A DNA stretch of 64,000 bases from an uncultured Planctomycetaceae bacterium (GTDB taxonomy: Bacteria > Planctomycetota > Planctomycetia > Planctomycetales > Planctomycetaceae): contig CAWFGE010000020.1 in the NCBI GenBank assembly GCA_963815195.1, positions 32,001 through 96,000 on the forward strand, given 5' to 3'. The translations under genes and the position numbers were made by a program. The notes beneath the pieces were generated by a model. It was given only the letters and a program-made list of their open reading frames with translations, did no database searches and was not told the DNA's origin. This document shows positions 1-11,042 of the stretch, piece by piece. The first letter of the stretch is position 1. Every line of letters starts with the position of its first letter.

Positions 1-1795
<1,795 letters not shown>

Positions 1796-1858
1796 TCCGC
1801 TTGTCTCCCTCTTTGATAGCCCCCTGTCTCGCCGGCGAACCGAGCAACCGGGGCAAAC

Positions 1859-1884
1859 GATCCGGAAGCGACATCTTCCGGATC
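1859..1884. promoter_or_regulatory. Perfect 10-bp inverted repeat upstream of clpC (possible operator or hairpin)
   Basis: GATCCGGAAG-N6-CTTCCGGATC, 64-89 bp upstream of the clpC ATG; does not match CIRCE. Confidence 0.3.
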
Positions 1885-2531
1885 AAAACATGATGCGGAA
1901 AATCCGCATCCCGATGGACGAGTTTTTAATGGGCGGGATTCGAGGAACCCCTTTAACATACCGCTTTGACGTTTCGTTTTGCCACAGATTTTTCGGGAAG
2001 TGATTTTGAACGGGTTTTTCCAATCATTTTCCGAGTGGGCGGGCCACTCTCCCTTATTTATACGCTATTTCACTTGCGGGAGTGGGATTTTTCCGAAATC
2101 CGGGGCGATTTGATCCGCAAACCCTGAGAGGGACATCATTTGAACCGTTTCGCCAAACTGGGCGAATCGAGAAGGAAACTCCGGCTGAGGATTATTTCTG
2201 GTCCACCCCACGAAAAGAGCAGCCGACGGCCTTTCGCGTCTCTTCCAAAGGCCCAACGGGCCAGCTTGAGCAACCGGAAATCCGTTTCGGTGAAGTTGGG
2301 GAAATTCTAGTCCCCATCCCCCGACGTGACAAGATACCCCGCGCGGGCAAATGGCGGCCGGCAAACTTCCGCGGATTGGGTGGGACGCCCCTGAGCGCAG
2401 CGAACAACGTGGCGACCGACGGACCACGCCCTTTGTTCCTCAGGCACGATTGTCGCGAGAAGCGCGTTCCTGCAAAATGAAACAAACCGCCGCAGCCCAA
2501 ACCGTCTAAAAATGGAAATCCCAGAAAGACC

Positions 2532-4094
2532 ATGTCCAGCCGTCCTTCCCGAAACACCCCCGGCGTGGAACGCATCTTGAAACTCACCCGCGACCTGGCC
2601 CTCCAATCGGCCGAGGCGGAGGTGCTGCCCTTCCATTTGTTGCGGGCGTTGGTGTTGGAAGAATCGCGCGGATCGGAGATTCTCCGTCAACATGGGCTGA
2701 CTTTGGACAAACTCCCGGCCGATCCGCCGCCAACAGTCGGCGAGAATCCACTGGGAACCGAACAACAGGAAATCCCCTTCAGCGAAGCCCTGAATGAAAT
2801 CCTCAAAACCGCCGACTTGCAATCGGGCCGGCAGGGGCGATACGCGGAATTGGGCAGCGAGCATTTGCTTTTGGGGTTGGCCGCCGTGTCTTCACCCGCC
2901 GCGGATTGGCTCCAAACCCACGGCCTCACCGCCGAGAAACTGCAATCGCTCCTCGATGACGCGGAAGGGCGCCCCGATGTTCCGCTCAGCGTGGACTTTG
3001 AACTGGCGGAACAGCGGCCCACCGCGACGGCGGAGACGGATTTGTTTCGCATCCTCGACGCCGCCGCCAACCGGGTGCGGGAAGGCGTGCGGGTTTTGGA
3101 AGATTACGTGCGGTTCGCCCGCGACGACAAGCATTTGACGTCGCTGCTCAAAACCTGGCGGCACGACCTCAGGGCTGTGCTTTCGGAAATCGACGACCGC
3201 CGGCTGCTCAGCTCCCGCGACACCGCGGGCGATGTGGGCACCGGAATCGGCACTCCCGGAGAACGGCACCGGCAATCCCTGCACGATGTGCTCCGCGCCA
3301 ACGCCAAGCGCGTGCAGGAAGGCCTGCGAACATTGGAGGAATACGGAAAAATCCGTTCGCCCAACATCGGCGAGGCGTTTTCGCAACTCCGCTACCGGTT
3401 TTACACGATCGAAAAGATCCTGGCCGTCAACGCCGAGAGCCGGCAAAAACTGGCGGACCGCAATCTCTATGTTTTAGTGACGCGGGATCAATGCCGGCTC
3501 GATCCGCAGACCGCGATCCGGATCGCGTTGGACGCCGGGGCGGACATCCTTCAAATCCGCGAGAAACACCTCTCGGATCGGGAACTCGTCGAATATGGAA
3601 AACAGGTCCGCGAATGGACCTGGGAAGCCCATGCGCTGTTGATCATGAACGATCGGCCCGATCTCGCCGTGCTGATCGACGCCGACGGCGTGCACGTCGG
3701 GCAGGAGGAACTCAGCGTCCGAGAGGCCCGGCGAATCCTCGGCCCGGACCGGTTGATCGGCGTCTCCACGCATTCGCTAAAACAAGCCAGGCAAGCGGTC
3801 AACGACGGGGCCGACTATCTGGGCGTCGGTCCGGTGTTCCCCTCGCACACAAAAGCCTTTTCCGAAACCGAATTGGCGGGACTGGAGTTCGTCCGCGAGG
3901 TGGCGGCGGAAATCACGCTGCCCTGGTTCGCCATCGGCGGCATCACGCCGGAAAACTTATTGGAACTCCGAACCGCCGGTGCCCAACGCATCGCCGTCAG
4001 CCATACGGTGTGCGGTTCGGAGTCCCCCGGCGAGATAGTGACGAAGTTGAAAGAAGCAATAGAGTTAAAGCCTTCAGCGGAACGACAAGGCTAA
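2532..4094 (+). CDS. thiE: Thiamine-phosphate synthase with N-terminal double Clp-N repeat and ThiD2-like domain
   Basis: C-terminal TMP-TENI motifs QIREK, MNDRPDLA, DGVHVGQEE, GVSTH, GPVFPSHTK, AIGGI; central RILDAAANRVREGVRVLED as in long cyanobacterial-type ThiE; N-terminal Clp repeats (PFHLLRAL, GSEHLLLGL). Confidence 0.88.
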   Translation: MSSRPSRNTPGVERILKLTRDLALQSAEAEVLPFHLLRALVLEESRGSEILRQHGLTLDKLPADPPPTVGENPLGTEQQEIPFSEALNEILKTADLQSGRQGRYAELGSEHLLLGLAAVSSPAADWLQTHGLTAEKLQSLLDDAEGRPDVPLSVDFELAEQRPTATAETDLFRILDAAANRVREGVRVLEDYVRFARDDKHLTSLLKTWRHDLRAVLSEIDDRRLLSSRDTAGDVGTGIGTPGERHRQSLHDVLRANAKRVQEGLRTLEEYGKIRSPNIGEAFSQLRYRFYTIEKILAVNAESRQKLADRNLYVLVTRDQCRLDPQTAIRIALDAGADILQIREKHLSDRELVEYGKQVREWTWEAHALLIMNDRPDLAVLIDADGVHVGQEELSVREARRILGPDRLIGVSTHSLKQARQAVNDGADYLGVGPVFPSHTKAFSETELAGLEFVREVAAEITLPWFAIGGITPENLLELRTAGAQRIAVSHTVCGSESPGEIVTKLKEAIELKPSAERQG

Positions 4095-4150
4095 TTGCCG
4101 GCGCGGCATCTCTATGAAATCTGAAATTCATCACACGATTGGAGTCCGTA

Positions 4151-5607
4151 ATGGGTCAATTGGCGATGCGATGCTCGCAGTGTGGCTCTCGAATCGTCGA
4201 GCCGCCTGGGACCGATCAGTTTGAATGTCCCTTCTGCGAGGCAATCACGTTGCTGGTTCCTGCCGAGGGTTCGGCGGCAGAGGTGAAGAGGCTCAAGCGG
4301 GACGAATCGGTCGATCTTTCGAGGTTCACCATTGATCTCGACAGGCAGGATCTGGAATTGTCGTGGGGTTGGGATCGACTCAAGGGAGTGGCGGCCATTC
4401 TGCTGGCGGGCGTCGTTGGCTGGTTCGGTTCGATTTATCTCCCGGTGGCCGGTTCGAGTCATGGCAGGATCGACTGGATCGCTCTGCTGACTGGCTTGGG
4501 CATCATCGCTGTTGCCATCGGACTCGGATATACCGGCGTGGCGTTGTTGTTCAACAGCACGAGAATTTCGATTCAGAACCGCGTACTGCAAATCTCGCAC
4601 GGGCCGCTGCCATACTATCCCCGCAAGGTAATTCCGCTCGCATCTCTTCAGGAATTGCGGGTCCATCGCGAGGTGACGAAAGATTCGGACGGCAAGACCA
4701 GCAGCGATTGGCAATTACATGCCTGCACCAGTTCGGGCCGCACGATTCGGCTCATCATGGACCAGGGTTCCTCCAAGGTACCGGCGCGGTCAAAAGCGTG
4801 CTCGACACCCACATTCGCCGACTGTCCGAGACTCCCGCAACACCCGTCGAACAGTCGAAACAGGGAACCTCCCGGAACAAACTCCGGCAACGTCGAAAGG
4901 TCGTACTGATCTGTCCGCAGTGTGGTGGACTCGTCGCGGCCCCCCGTAAAATCACTTCATCGAAATGCCGTTACTGCCGGTCGGAGTTGACGATTCCGGA
5001 TGAAGTGTGGGAGTCGGTGGGCCTGCATCCGCCGCGCCGGCGCAACATCGAGCACAAACCGGTCACGTTCGTGCTCCGCCACGAAGGGCCGGCGCTCACG
5101 ATTTCCGCCGGGTGGAATCGTGATGGGTGCGGTGTGCTGTTTCTGATCGGGCTGGCGTTTATGGGCATCGCGACGCTCGGCATCCTGCTGGCTCTTTGGA
5201 GCGACAATTGGTCTCTCATTGAAACCATGAAAGACGTCAGTTTGGCCGTTTCGCTGATTTCGCTGCTGATTGGCGTGGTGGGTTCCGTCATCGCCTATCT
5301 GGCTTTTTGTCTGATGTTCAATCGAACGGTGGTGACAATCGACCCATCTCGGATTGATGTCTGGAATGGCCCGTTGCCCGTGCCGGGGAACAGCCAACTG
5401 CCGACGGAGAAGATCGCCCAAATCAGCATCCATCCCAGCCGCGGCTACCACAAAACCCCTTGTTACCGACTGGACGCGATTTCCGACTACGGCGGGACGC
5501 TGCAACTGTTTTTCGACCAACCCGAACTTAAAGGACTGCAAACGATCGAACGCCTCATCGAACGCCGTCTGAATCTGGCCGACCGTTTGGTCCAATCCGA
5601 GGCTTGA
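4151..5607 (+). CDS. Membrane protein with two tandem [Zn-ribbon + 2 TM + PH-like] modules (frameshift near 4780)
   Basis: Module 1: CSQC..CPFC, WGWDR, 2 TM, LFNSTRI..HGPLP. Module 2: CPQC..CRYC, AGWNR, 2 TM, MFNRTVV..NGPLP. ORFs 4139-4909 and 4363-5607 join by a shift. Confidence 0.6.
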
Positions 5608-5650
5608 TGAACGGACTCATCGCCGCAAGGGCTTTCTATCTCTTTGGCAA

Positions 5651-5799
5651 AGCCGAGTAGGGCCGGCTGTGCCGGCCTTTTGTTTTTGACACAACGATTT
5701 TTCTCGCACCAAATGGCCGGCACACCCAGCCGCCAATTGGGCATAAGCATGATTCCCTTTGGTCGAAAAGGCCGGCACAGCCGGCCCTACGTCACTGGC
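5651..5799. repeat. 149-bp direct repeat, copy 1 (GTAG-type REP doublet / REPIN)
   Basis: Identical to 7053-7201; internal perfect 25-bp inverted repeat GTAGGGCCGGCTGTGCCGGCCTTTT (5657-5681) / 5766-5790. Confidence 0.92.
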
Positions 5800-6357
5800 G
5801 ATGTCATCATTGGAAAAGATGGCCGGCATCACACGATCGAGAGGATTTCGCAACGCTATGAGGAAGCGTTTCCGGTATCCAATCTCACGATTGGCGAATA
5901 CCACAATTATGCCGTCGGCATCCATTCGATTCTCGTTCACAACCAAACGATTTGCGGGGCAGGTCAGGCAGCCCTTCAGGACATGCTCGATTCCGGGACG
6001 GCCAGTTACGATGAAATCGCTCGTCTGGTTAAGGGGTTTGACAACGCTGATGAGGTGTTGGATAATCTCGTTAAAAGCACCGCGGCATTCCACCTGCATC
6101 ACACTTGGCCGAAATACCTCGGAGGACCAACCAAACAAGACCTCGTTCGTTTGCCGAAGAACATTCACGATGCCTATCACAGAGGCTTAGGCGGAATTTT
6201 GGATAGAAGAAGGGGAGCGGAATACTACGATGCACTGAGCGCGGCGGCTCGTAAGCTGATCGAACAAAAGCTTGCAAAATTTACGAAGGAATTCGATGCG
6301 CAGTATGGAACGAAATTGTGGGAAGCGATTCTGAAAAATGGGTTTCCAGGGAGTTAA
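5749..6357 (+). CDS. Orphan polymorphic-toxin tip: C-terminal half of pretoxin HINT domain plus HNH-like nuclease
   Basis: GDVI..DG..VSNLTIGEYHNYAVG..ILVHN is a HINT C-terminus; followed by HLHHTWPKYLGG..L..L..H..YH; N-terminal HINT half absent; in-frame ATGs come only from the repeat. Confidence 0.75.
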   Translation: MIPFGRKGRHSRPYVTGDVIIGKDGRHHTIERISQRYEEAFPVSNLTIGEYHNYAVGIHSILVHNQTICGAGQAALQDMLDSGTASYDEIARLVKGFDNADEVLDNLVKSTAAFHLHHTWPKYLGGPTKQDLVRLPKNIHDAYHRGLGGILDRRRGAEYYDALSAAARKLIEQKLAKFTKEFDAQYGTKLWEAILKNGFPGS

Positions 6358-6361
6358 TCAA

Positions 6362-6886
6362 ATGAAAAAGACCTTTACAGAGCTTTCAGTGAATGACATT
6401 TCAAAGTATCCTATTTGGAGGTTCACTAACAGCCACCCAGAGGACGAGCTTGAAATTGAATCCGTCACGGGTAGAGTATTTCACAACTTAAAGGGATTGA
6501 TCATCAGCTCGAAGGTCACGTTTTCAGATGGCTCGACACACTTAGCGTTGTTTCAGAATGTTAGTCTGGCCGGGCAAAAAGTGAACGACCATTTTCTGTC
6601 GCTAAGCGTGGAGAGAAATGGTGAATGGTTCCCGCTGGCGCAGTATCACAACCCCGCAATCGAGAAATACGGGCCTTTGCATCTTGCAGCATTCATGGGC
6701 AAAACCGTTGACGATGTCTTTCCGATCAAATACGACCTTCGCGAAGTATTGAATTCAAATTCGCCCAGGCTTGTTGGAATCGTATGTGCTGAGCCGCCCA
6801 TACGATTAACCGACGAAGAGATAATATCTTTGGCCTTAGAAGGTCTGCCAAAACCTCCGCTGAGGTCATCAGAAACCCTTGAATAG
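6362..6886 (+). CDS. Probable cognate immunity protein
   Basis: ATG 4 nt after the toxin stop, same strand, visibly lower GC, 174 aa; position is typical of an immunity gene. Confidence 0.6.
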   Translation: MKKTFTELSVNDISKYPIWRFTNSHPEDELEIESVTGRVFHNLKGLIISSKVTFSDGSTHLALFQNVSLAGQKVNDHFLSLSVERNGEWFPLAQYHNPAIEKYGPLHLAAFMGKTVDDVFPIKYDLREVLNSNSPRLVGIVCAEPPIRLTDEEIISLALEGLPKPPLRSSETLE

Positions 6887-6890
6887 CCGC

Positions 6891-7018
6891 GTAGGATCCG
6901 CTGTGCGGACCTTTGCTTTTGATTGTTTCCGCCCGCGACATCAAAGCCAAGTAGGGTCCGCTGTGCGGACCATTTGAAAAATCGATCTTATCTTATTGGT
7001 CCGCACAGCGGACCCTAC
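6891..7018. repeat. Cluster of three GTAG-type REP palindromes
   Basis: GTAGGATCCGCTGTGCGGACC (6891), GTAGGGTCCGCTGTGCGGACC (6951) and its reverse complement (6998-7018). Confidence 0.85.
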
Positions 7019-7052
7019 TTGCTTCGCGAGTGGTTAAGTAAGAAGTCGTTCC

Positions 7053-7201
7053 AGCCGAGTAGGGCCGGCTGTGCCGGCCTTTTGTTTTTGACACAACGAT
7101 TTTTCTCGCACCAAATGGCCGGCACACCCAGCCGCCAATTGGGCATAAGCATGATTCCCTTTGGTCGAAAAGGCCGGCACAGCCGGCCCTACGTCACTGG
7201 C
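7053..7201. repeat. 149-bp direct repeat, copy 2 (REPIN)
   Basis: Identical to 5651-5799, offset 1402 bp. Confidence 0.92.
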
Positions 7202-7239
7202 AACAAGTTGCCAGTGGCACCGGAATCTGGAGTTTCGCT

Positions 7240-7686
7240 ATGGAACTAACTACGCCCAAGCCTTCTATCGACGTGGAAGCGCATCTGCCAACCCTTGAGT
7301 CGTTAAAGAGTACGACTGTGCGTTTACACCCCCGCAGGGCGGAGGTCTCTGACGTCACAGCCAGCAAGATCGGCGGTATGATTCTCTGGCCGAAATGCGA
7401 ACCATGGCCGATGTGTGAAAGCGTGGAACCGCCAAGTTGGTGGGAGCTGGATTGGCCCATTCCTGACGACCGTTTAGATGATATTAGTGTTCCACTGGTA
7501 CCCGTGATTCAACTACGAGCCGATGATTTTCCTGAGATTGAGTTCTTTCCTGAAACTAATCTACTCCAGTTATTATGGTGCCCCTTGGACCATGAAGACC
7601 CGATTTTTGTTGCAAAGCCGTATTTGTACTGGCGAAAGATGGAAGAGGTGACTGAGCTTCTCCTGGAAGCGCCACACGTATATTAT
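7240..7686 (+). pseudogene. YwqG/DUF1963-like protein (immunity-like), truncated by IS1380
   Basis: TVRLHPRR..SKIGG..WP..WP.C..P.IQL..D.PE..LLQLLWCP..H; the frame runs into the IS terminal repeat at 7687 and does not resume after the IS. Confidence 0.6.
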
Positions 7687-9465
7687 CCCGGATTATTCAT
7701 CAGGTCCGTGCGTGGTGAGTATTTCCGTGGCGGAAAGTGCACCGGGTGGTTGGGGATCGGAGGATGGGCGGACCGCCCCCTTTCCCCCTGGGGCCTGGCG
7801 ATCGTTGGGTGAGTGAAGGAAAGAAACAGAAAGGCGGATGCCACGATGGCGAACTGCTCAGTCCCGAAGAACCAGTTGCTCATGGGCGTGACGTGGGAGA
7901 GGTGTGTAGGGCCGCGGGCGAGCTCCGCGCGGACGTGGCCAGAGGTTGGCCAGACGCAGCGATCGGATGCGGGAAGACATCGCGGCCCAAAACGCGCTCA
8001 CGCTTTCCTCAATGTAAATCACGAGGCGGCGGGAGTGCTTCACGACCCGCGCTCCTGTCCGCAGCACCGACTGCTGGAAACGATGCAAGTCCCAGCAACC
8101 GCCCAACTCGTCCTCGAACTCGATCCGCAGCATCGACGCCAGGTTGAACGCCAGCAGGCCCAACAGCAACGTCACTTCGTTCTCCGCAAACACCGATGAC
8201 GAAAGACGGCAGCCAATCACCGCGTTGAATTCGCCCAGCCGGTCCTCGAACGTGCCGCGCTTGCGGTAGTGCGACAACACCTCATCCGCCGAGCGTTGCT
8301 CCTCGGTCCAGTTTGTGATCAGGAAGAAGTAACGCGGAAACAGAGCCAGTTGGCCCGTCTTCGCCTCCGGCTTGTCGACGATGACCAGAATCACCCGCTG
8401 CGGATGACGCCAGCCCTCGGCTTGGTACTTTCCGAGTTCGATCACGTCCTCATATCCGCCTTTGGGCGGCCGGCCTACGGGACGTGTCAGATAGGGCGCG
8501 GCCATCTCTTCCAGCACGTTGTTCTTCTTGATTCTCCCGCAAAAACGGATGTTTTCGTCGGTCAACTCATCCAACACCGGGCCGGCGATGAAACCCGCAT
8601 CGATCCGGAGGTCGAAGCTCCACGCCAGTTGCCGGGCCTTGCCGACCACGTTGCGAATAAACCGCCGGATGCCATTGGCCGTATGCACGCTGCCTTGCCG
8701 CAGGATGGCATGAATGAAGCCGTTGCCCAGCCGCTGGCCTTCCCGCGTGCCGTCGTAGTCGCCGCCGACCGAGAAACTCGCGACCAGCGGATGATAGACC
8801 GTCTCTTTATAGTAACCGTTATAGCGGGCCCCCGGCTGCTGGCCATAAACCTGCATCGGGAAACTGTCGATGTCGATGGTGGCGTAGCGGACGCGGCGGT
8901 CGCTGTCGCCGGTGCTTTTGATGTGCCGATGGATCCAGTCGAACAAGGCGCTCCGCACGGCCTCGAGATTCGTCTTGCAGTCGGCCAGCCAATCGATGAG
9001 CCGGGATTGGGTGGGTTGGCTGGCCAGGCGTTGGTTGAGCACTTCTTCGCCGGGCCGGTCCCAGGCGGCCATCTTCATGGCGGGATCATGGGCGAGCCGG
9101 TCGAGATCATCCTGATCGGACTCTCCCAGGGCCATGGCGTAGATTCTTTCCCGCAGCAGTTCGACGCCTTGATAGCGGACGCGGTCTTGCCGGCGAGGAT
9201 CGATCAGTCGATCGGCAAGGGATTCGGTGAGTCCGAGCCGATGATCGAAGTCCCGCAGCAGAACGGCACCGGAGTGTGACGTGAGCCGCCCATCGACGGC
9301 CTTGACCTTGATGGAACGATTGAAATCGGGCTCGAAAATGTTAGGCTGAGCTTCACCCATCGCGTGATTCCTCCGTTTGGTTTCGGGATTGCGATATAAC
9401 CCTTAAACGCAGAGGGTCACGCGATGGTTCCTTCTTTTTTCATCTTTTTTGGTGAATAATCCGGG
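7687..9465 (-). mobile_element. IS1380-family insertion sequence
   Basis: Terminal inverted repeats CCCGGATTATTCA(T/C)CA at 7687 and ending 9465; flanks TTAT / TTAA are not a clean target duplication. Confidence 0.9.
7858..9360 (-). CDS. IS1380-family DDE transposase
   Basis: LTSHSGAVLL..DPR, LASQPTQSR, IDIDS..YGQQ.GA.YNGYY..YHPL, RIDAGF, Y.KRG..E. Confidence 0.92.
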   Translation of the reverse strand: MGEAQPNIFEPDFNRSIKVKAVDGRLTSHSGAVLLRDFDHRLGLTESLADRLIDPRRQDRVRYQGVELLRERIYAMALGESDQDDLDRLAHDPAMKMAAWDRPGEEVLNQRLASQPTQSRLIDWLADCKTNLEAVRSALFDWIHRHIKSTGDSDRRVRYATIDIDSFPMQVYGQQPGARYNGYYKETVYHPLVASFSVGGDYDGTREGQRLGNGFIHAILRQGSVHTANGIRRFIRNVVGKARQLAWSFDLRIDAGFIAGPVLDELTDENIRFCGRIKKNNVLEEMAAPYLTRPVGRPPKGGYEDVIELGKYQAEGWRHPQRVILVIVDKPEAKTGQLALFPRYFFLITNWTEEQRSADEVLSHYRKRGTFEDRLGEFNAVIGCRLSSSVFAENEVTLLLGLLAFNLASMLRIEFEDELGGCWDLHRFQQSVLRTGARVVKHSRRLVIYIEESVSAFWAAMSSRIRSLRLANLWPRPRGARPRPYTPLPRHAHEQLVLRD

Positions 9466-9482
9466 TTAACGTTAGGCGACAA

Positions 9483-9758
9483 GTGTTGCACCCTCATCAA
9501 CACCGCATTGATCTGTGCAACGCTGCTTTGGAATCTGTTCGTTTACGCATTCCCGAGGACTTCTATCGCGACGTTTACGATTACATCAACCGCCACAATG
9601 AATGGGGACTCGGTCTCGAAATCCTGATTGACCAGATCATTGAATACGAGATCAAGATCGCCCCAGACCACTTTGCCAAGATTCACGAAGCAATGAGTTC
9701 AATGGGCTTGGCTGAGACCGAGCGTGTCAAAAGCCTTCGAGAAGAAGTGGTCGCCTAA
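9483..9758 (+). CDS. Cassette 1: MafI-like immunity protein
   Basis: 91 aa with HNEWGLGLEILIDQIIEYEIKI motif; stop codon lies inside the attC inverse core GCCTAAC. Confidence 0.65.
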   Translation: MLHPHQHRIDLCNAALESVRLRIPEDFYRDVYDYINRHNEWGLGLEILIDQIIEYEIKIAPDHFAKIHEAMSSMGLAETERVKSLREEVVA

Positions 9759-9860
9759 CCACCGTCTGCAGTTGACCGGCGACGCCCGCGATGGATAATG
9801 AGTTGTCGGTTGTGAGTCTGCTCCCGCGGGCGGCCGGCAACTGAGCCTTTTACGTTATTT
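9753..9860 (+). other. attC site of cassette 1 (108 bp)
   Basis: R'' GCCTAAC; arm CTgCAGTTGaCCGGC pairs with GCCGGCAACTGAG leaving two bulged bases; R' GTTATTT. Confidence 0.88.
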
Positions 9861-9976
9861 TACTGAACGCGAGTCTATCGCCAATGGACGATCGCAACGG
9901 ATTTGTCGCCGACGGATAGCGAGCGTGAAATCCAGAAATGCCTCAACACTTTTGCTCCGCCGGGTGCTTTCTCTTA

Positions 9977-10259
9977 ATGGACTTCAATGAAAAAGAACAA
10001 CTGATCGTTGACCGTCTCCGCGATCACGTTTTTGGCGAAAATGGGCCGACACAATCTCTGCTCAATGAAGGTCGGTTGCCTAACGGATGGGCAACCGAAT
10101 ACTTGAATTTGCTACGGACTGCTACTGAACACTGGCAATTTCGACCGATGTGGCCCCGGGAACTGGTCGCTGCAATTCACTTTACTTCGTGGTATCTTGT
10201 TCTCCGATACGACGCATGGTGCGCAACGAACAATCGCAATGAAAACACTGAACGCGGCT
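9977..10259 (+). pseudogene. Cassette 2: hypothetical protein, 3' end apparently truncated
   Basis: MDFNEKEQL..WPRELVAAIHFTSWYL; the frame runs into a GGGTGGC palindrome; the expected inverse core AAATAAC is missing. Confidence 0.5.
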
Positions 10260-10348
10260 GGGTGGCATGCTCATTGCTTTGCATGAGCATGCTGAACTTC
10301 ACTTGCTTGGCAAACCCATGCTTGCCCAAAGCGGCAAGCATGCCACCC
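10260..10348. repeat. GGGTGGC-type REP doublet
   Basis: GGGTGGCATGCT ... AGCATGCCACCC with internal hairpins. Confidence 0.75.
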
Positions 10349-10363
10349 CGCCGTCGCCTCAAA

Positions 10364-10387
10364 CGCCCCTGAGCTTAGGCGTTATCC
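10364..10387 (+). other. Right-arm remnant of the cassette 2 attC
   Basis: CGCCCCTGAGCTTAGGC-GTTATCC; the core GTTATCC is complementary to GGATAAC of the next attC. Confidence 0.65.
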
Positions 10388-10422
10388 GACAGAAGACGAA
10401 TCTCACCACGTTGGAAACTGCA

Positions 10423-11028
10423 ATGGCGAAGAAAGTCCGCAAGAAAACGAAAGCCGAACTGGCTGACCCCGCCTTTCGGAAGCGTGCTTCCACGCGATCC
10501 GCAGTGCTGATGCAATCCTACGCCGCGAGCGAGAAACTGTCCAAATCACGGCATCAATACGTGCTCGATGTTGCTGACGATGCTTGGATCAGTCGGTTCG
10601 AACAAAATGACAACGCTGACGCGTTCGAGAAAGAGTGTCGCAAGTGGGAAAAGCTTCGCAGGGATTTTCTGAAATCCGTTGACAAGCCGCTGGAGATTCA
10701 TTGCTTCACCTGCAACTACAATGCATCGAGTGGCATGAAGCCGCTCATTCATTTGGTTAAACACCCATTGTGCGATGCTGGTACTGCGCTTCGCCTCTTT
10801 TGGATCAACGATCCGGTGTACTATTCTCAATACGCGACCATTTCGGAATGCCCATATAATGAAGAACGCGATGCAATGAAGCTGCTCAACGCAATCAAAC
10901 GACGATTCAAGAACGACGACTTCAAATCGCGCAAGATTTACTTCGACCCGCAACCTTGGATCGAGGCTGACGATGTCGATCTCGATATGCTGAACCTTCC
11001 AGATTCAATGCTCGCATCCGTGCCATGA
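10423..11028 (+). CDS. Cassette 3: DUF4274-like domain protein
   Basis: IHCFTCNYN...G..PL..LVKHPLCDAGTALRLFW matches the DUF4274 pattern H..YNW.G..P.CD.GTAL..FW. Confidence 0.65.
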   Translation: MAKKVRKKTKAELADPAFRKRASTRSAVLMQSYAASEKLSKSRHQYVLDVADDAWISRFEQNDNADAFEKECRKWEKLRRDFLKSVDKPLEIHCFTCNYNASSGMKPLIHLVKHPLCDAGTALRLFWINDPVYYSQYATISECPYNEERDAMKLLNAIKRRFKNDDFKSRKIYFDPQPWIEADDVDLDMLNLPDSMLASVP

Positions 11029-11042
11029 CACCTTGCGAGGTC

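Noticed and set aside
2101..2180. Possible TPP riboswitch upstream of thiE (GGGG..CTGAGA..TTGAACC)
   Set aside because: It lacks the ACCC and TGAT..AATGCC/AGG core elements and convincing stems, and lies about 350 bp from the start; an Rfam RF00059 scan would settle it
5644..5950. Functional intein or complete HINT domain
   Set aside because: Only the C-terminal half (ending VHN) is present; the N-terminal Cys block is missing
5651..7230. Repeat cluster as a CRISPR array
   Set aside because: The units are inverted REP-type palindromes with irregular spacing, with no repeat-spacer periodicity and no cas genes
7687..9465. Integron integrase next to the cassette array
   Set aside because: The ORF is a DDE IS1380 transposase; no tyrosine-recombinase R-H-R-H-Y motifs were seen anywhere in the window
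10267..10422. N-terminal extension of the DUF4274-like ORF, and likewise 11303-11353 for cassette 4
   Set aside because: These extensions read through a REP/attC remnant or the MITE end, i.e. outside the cassette boundaries
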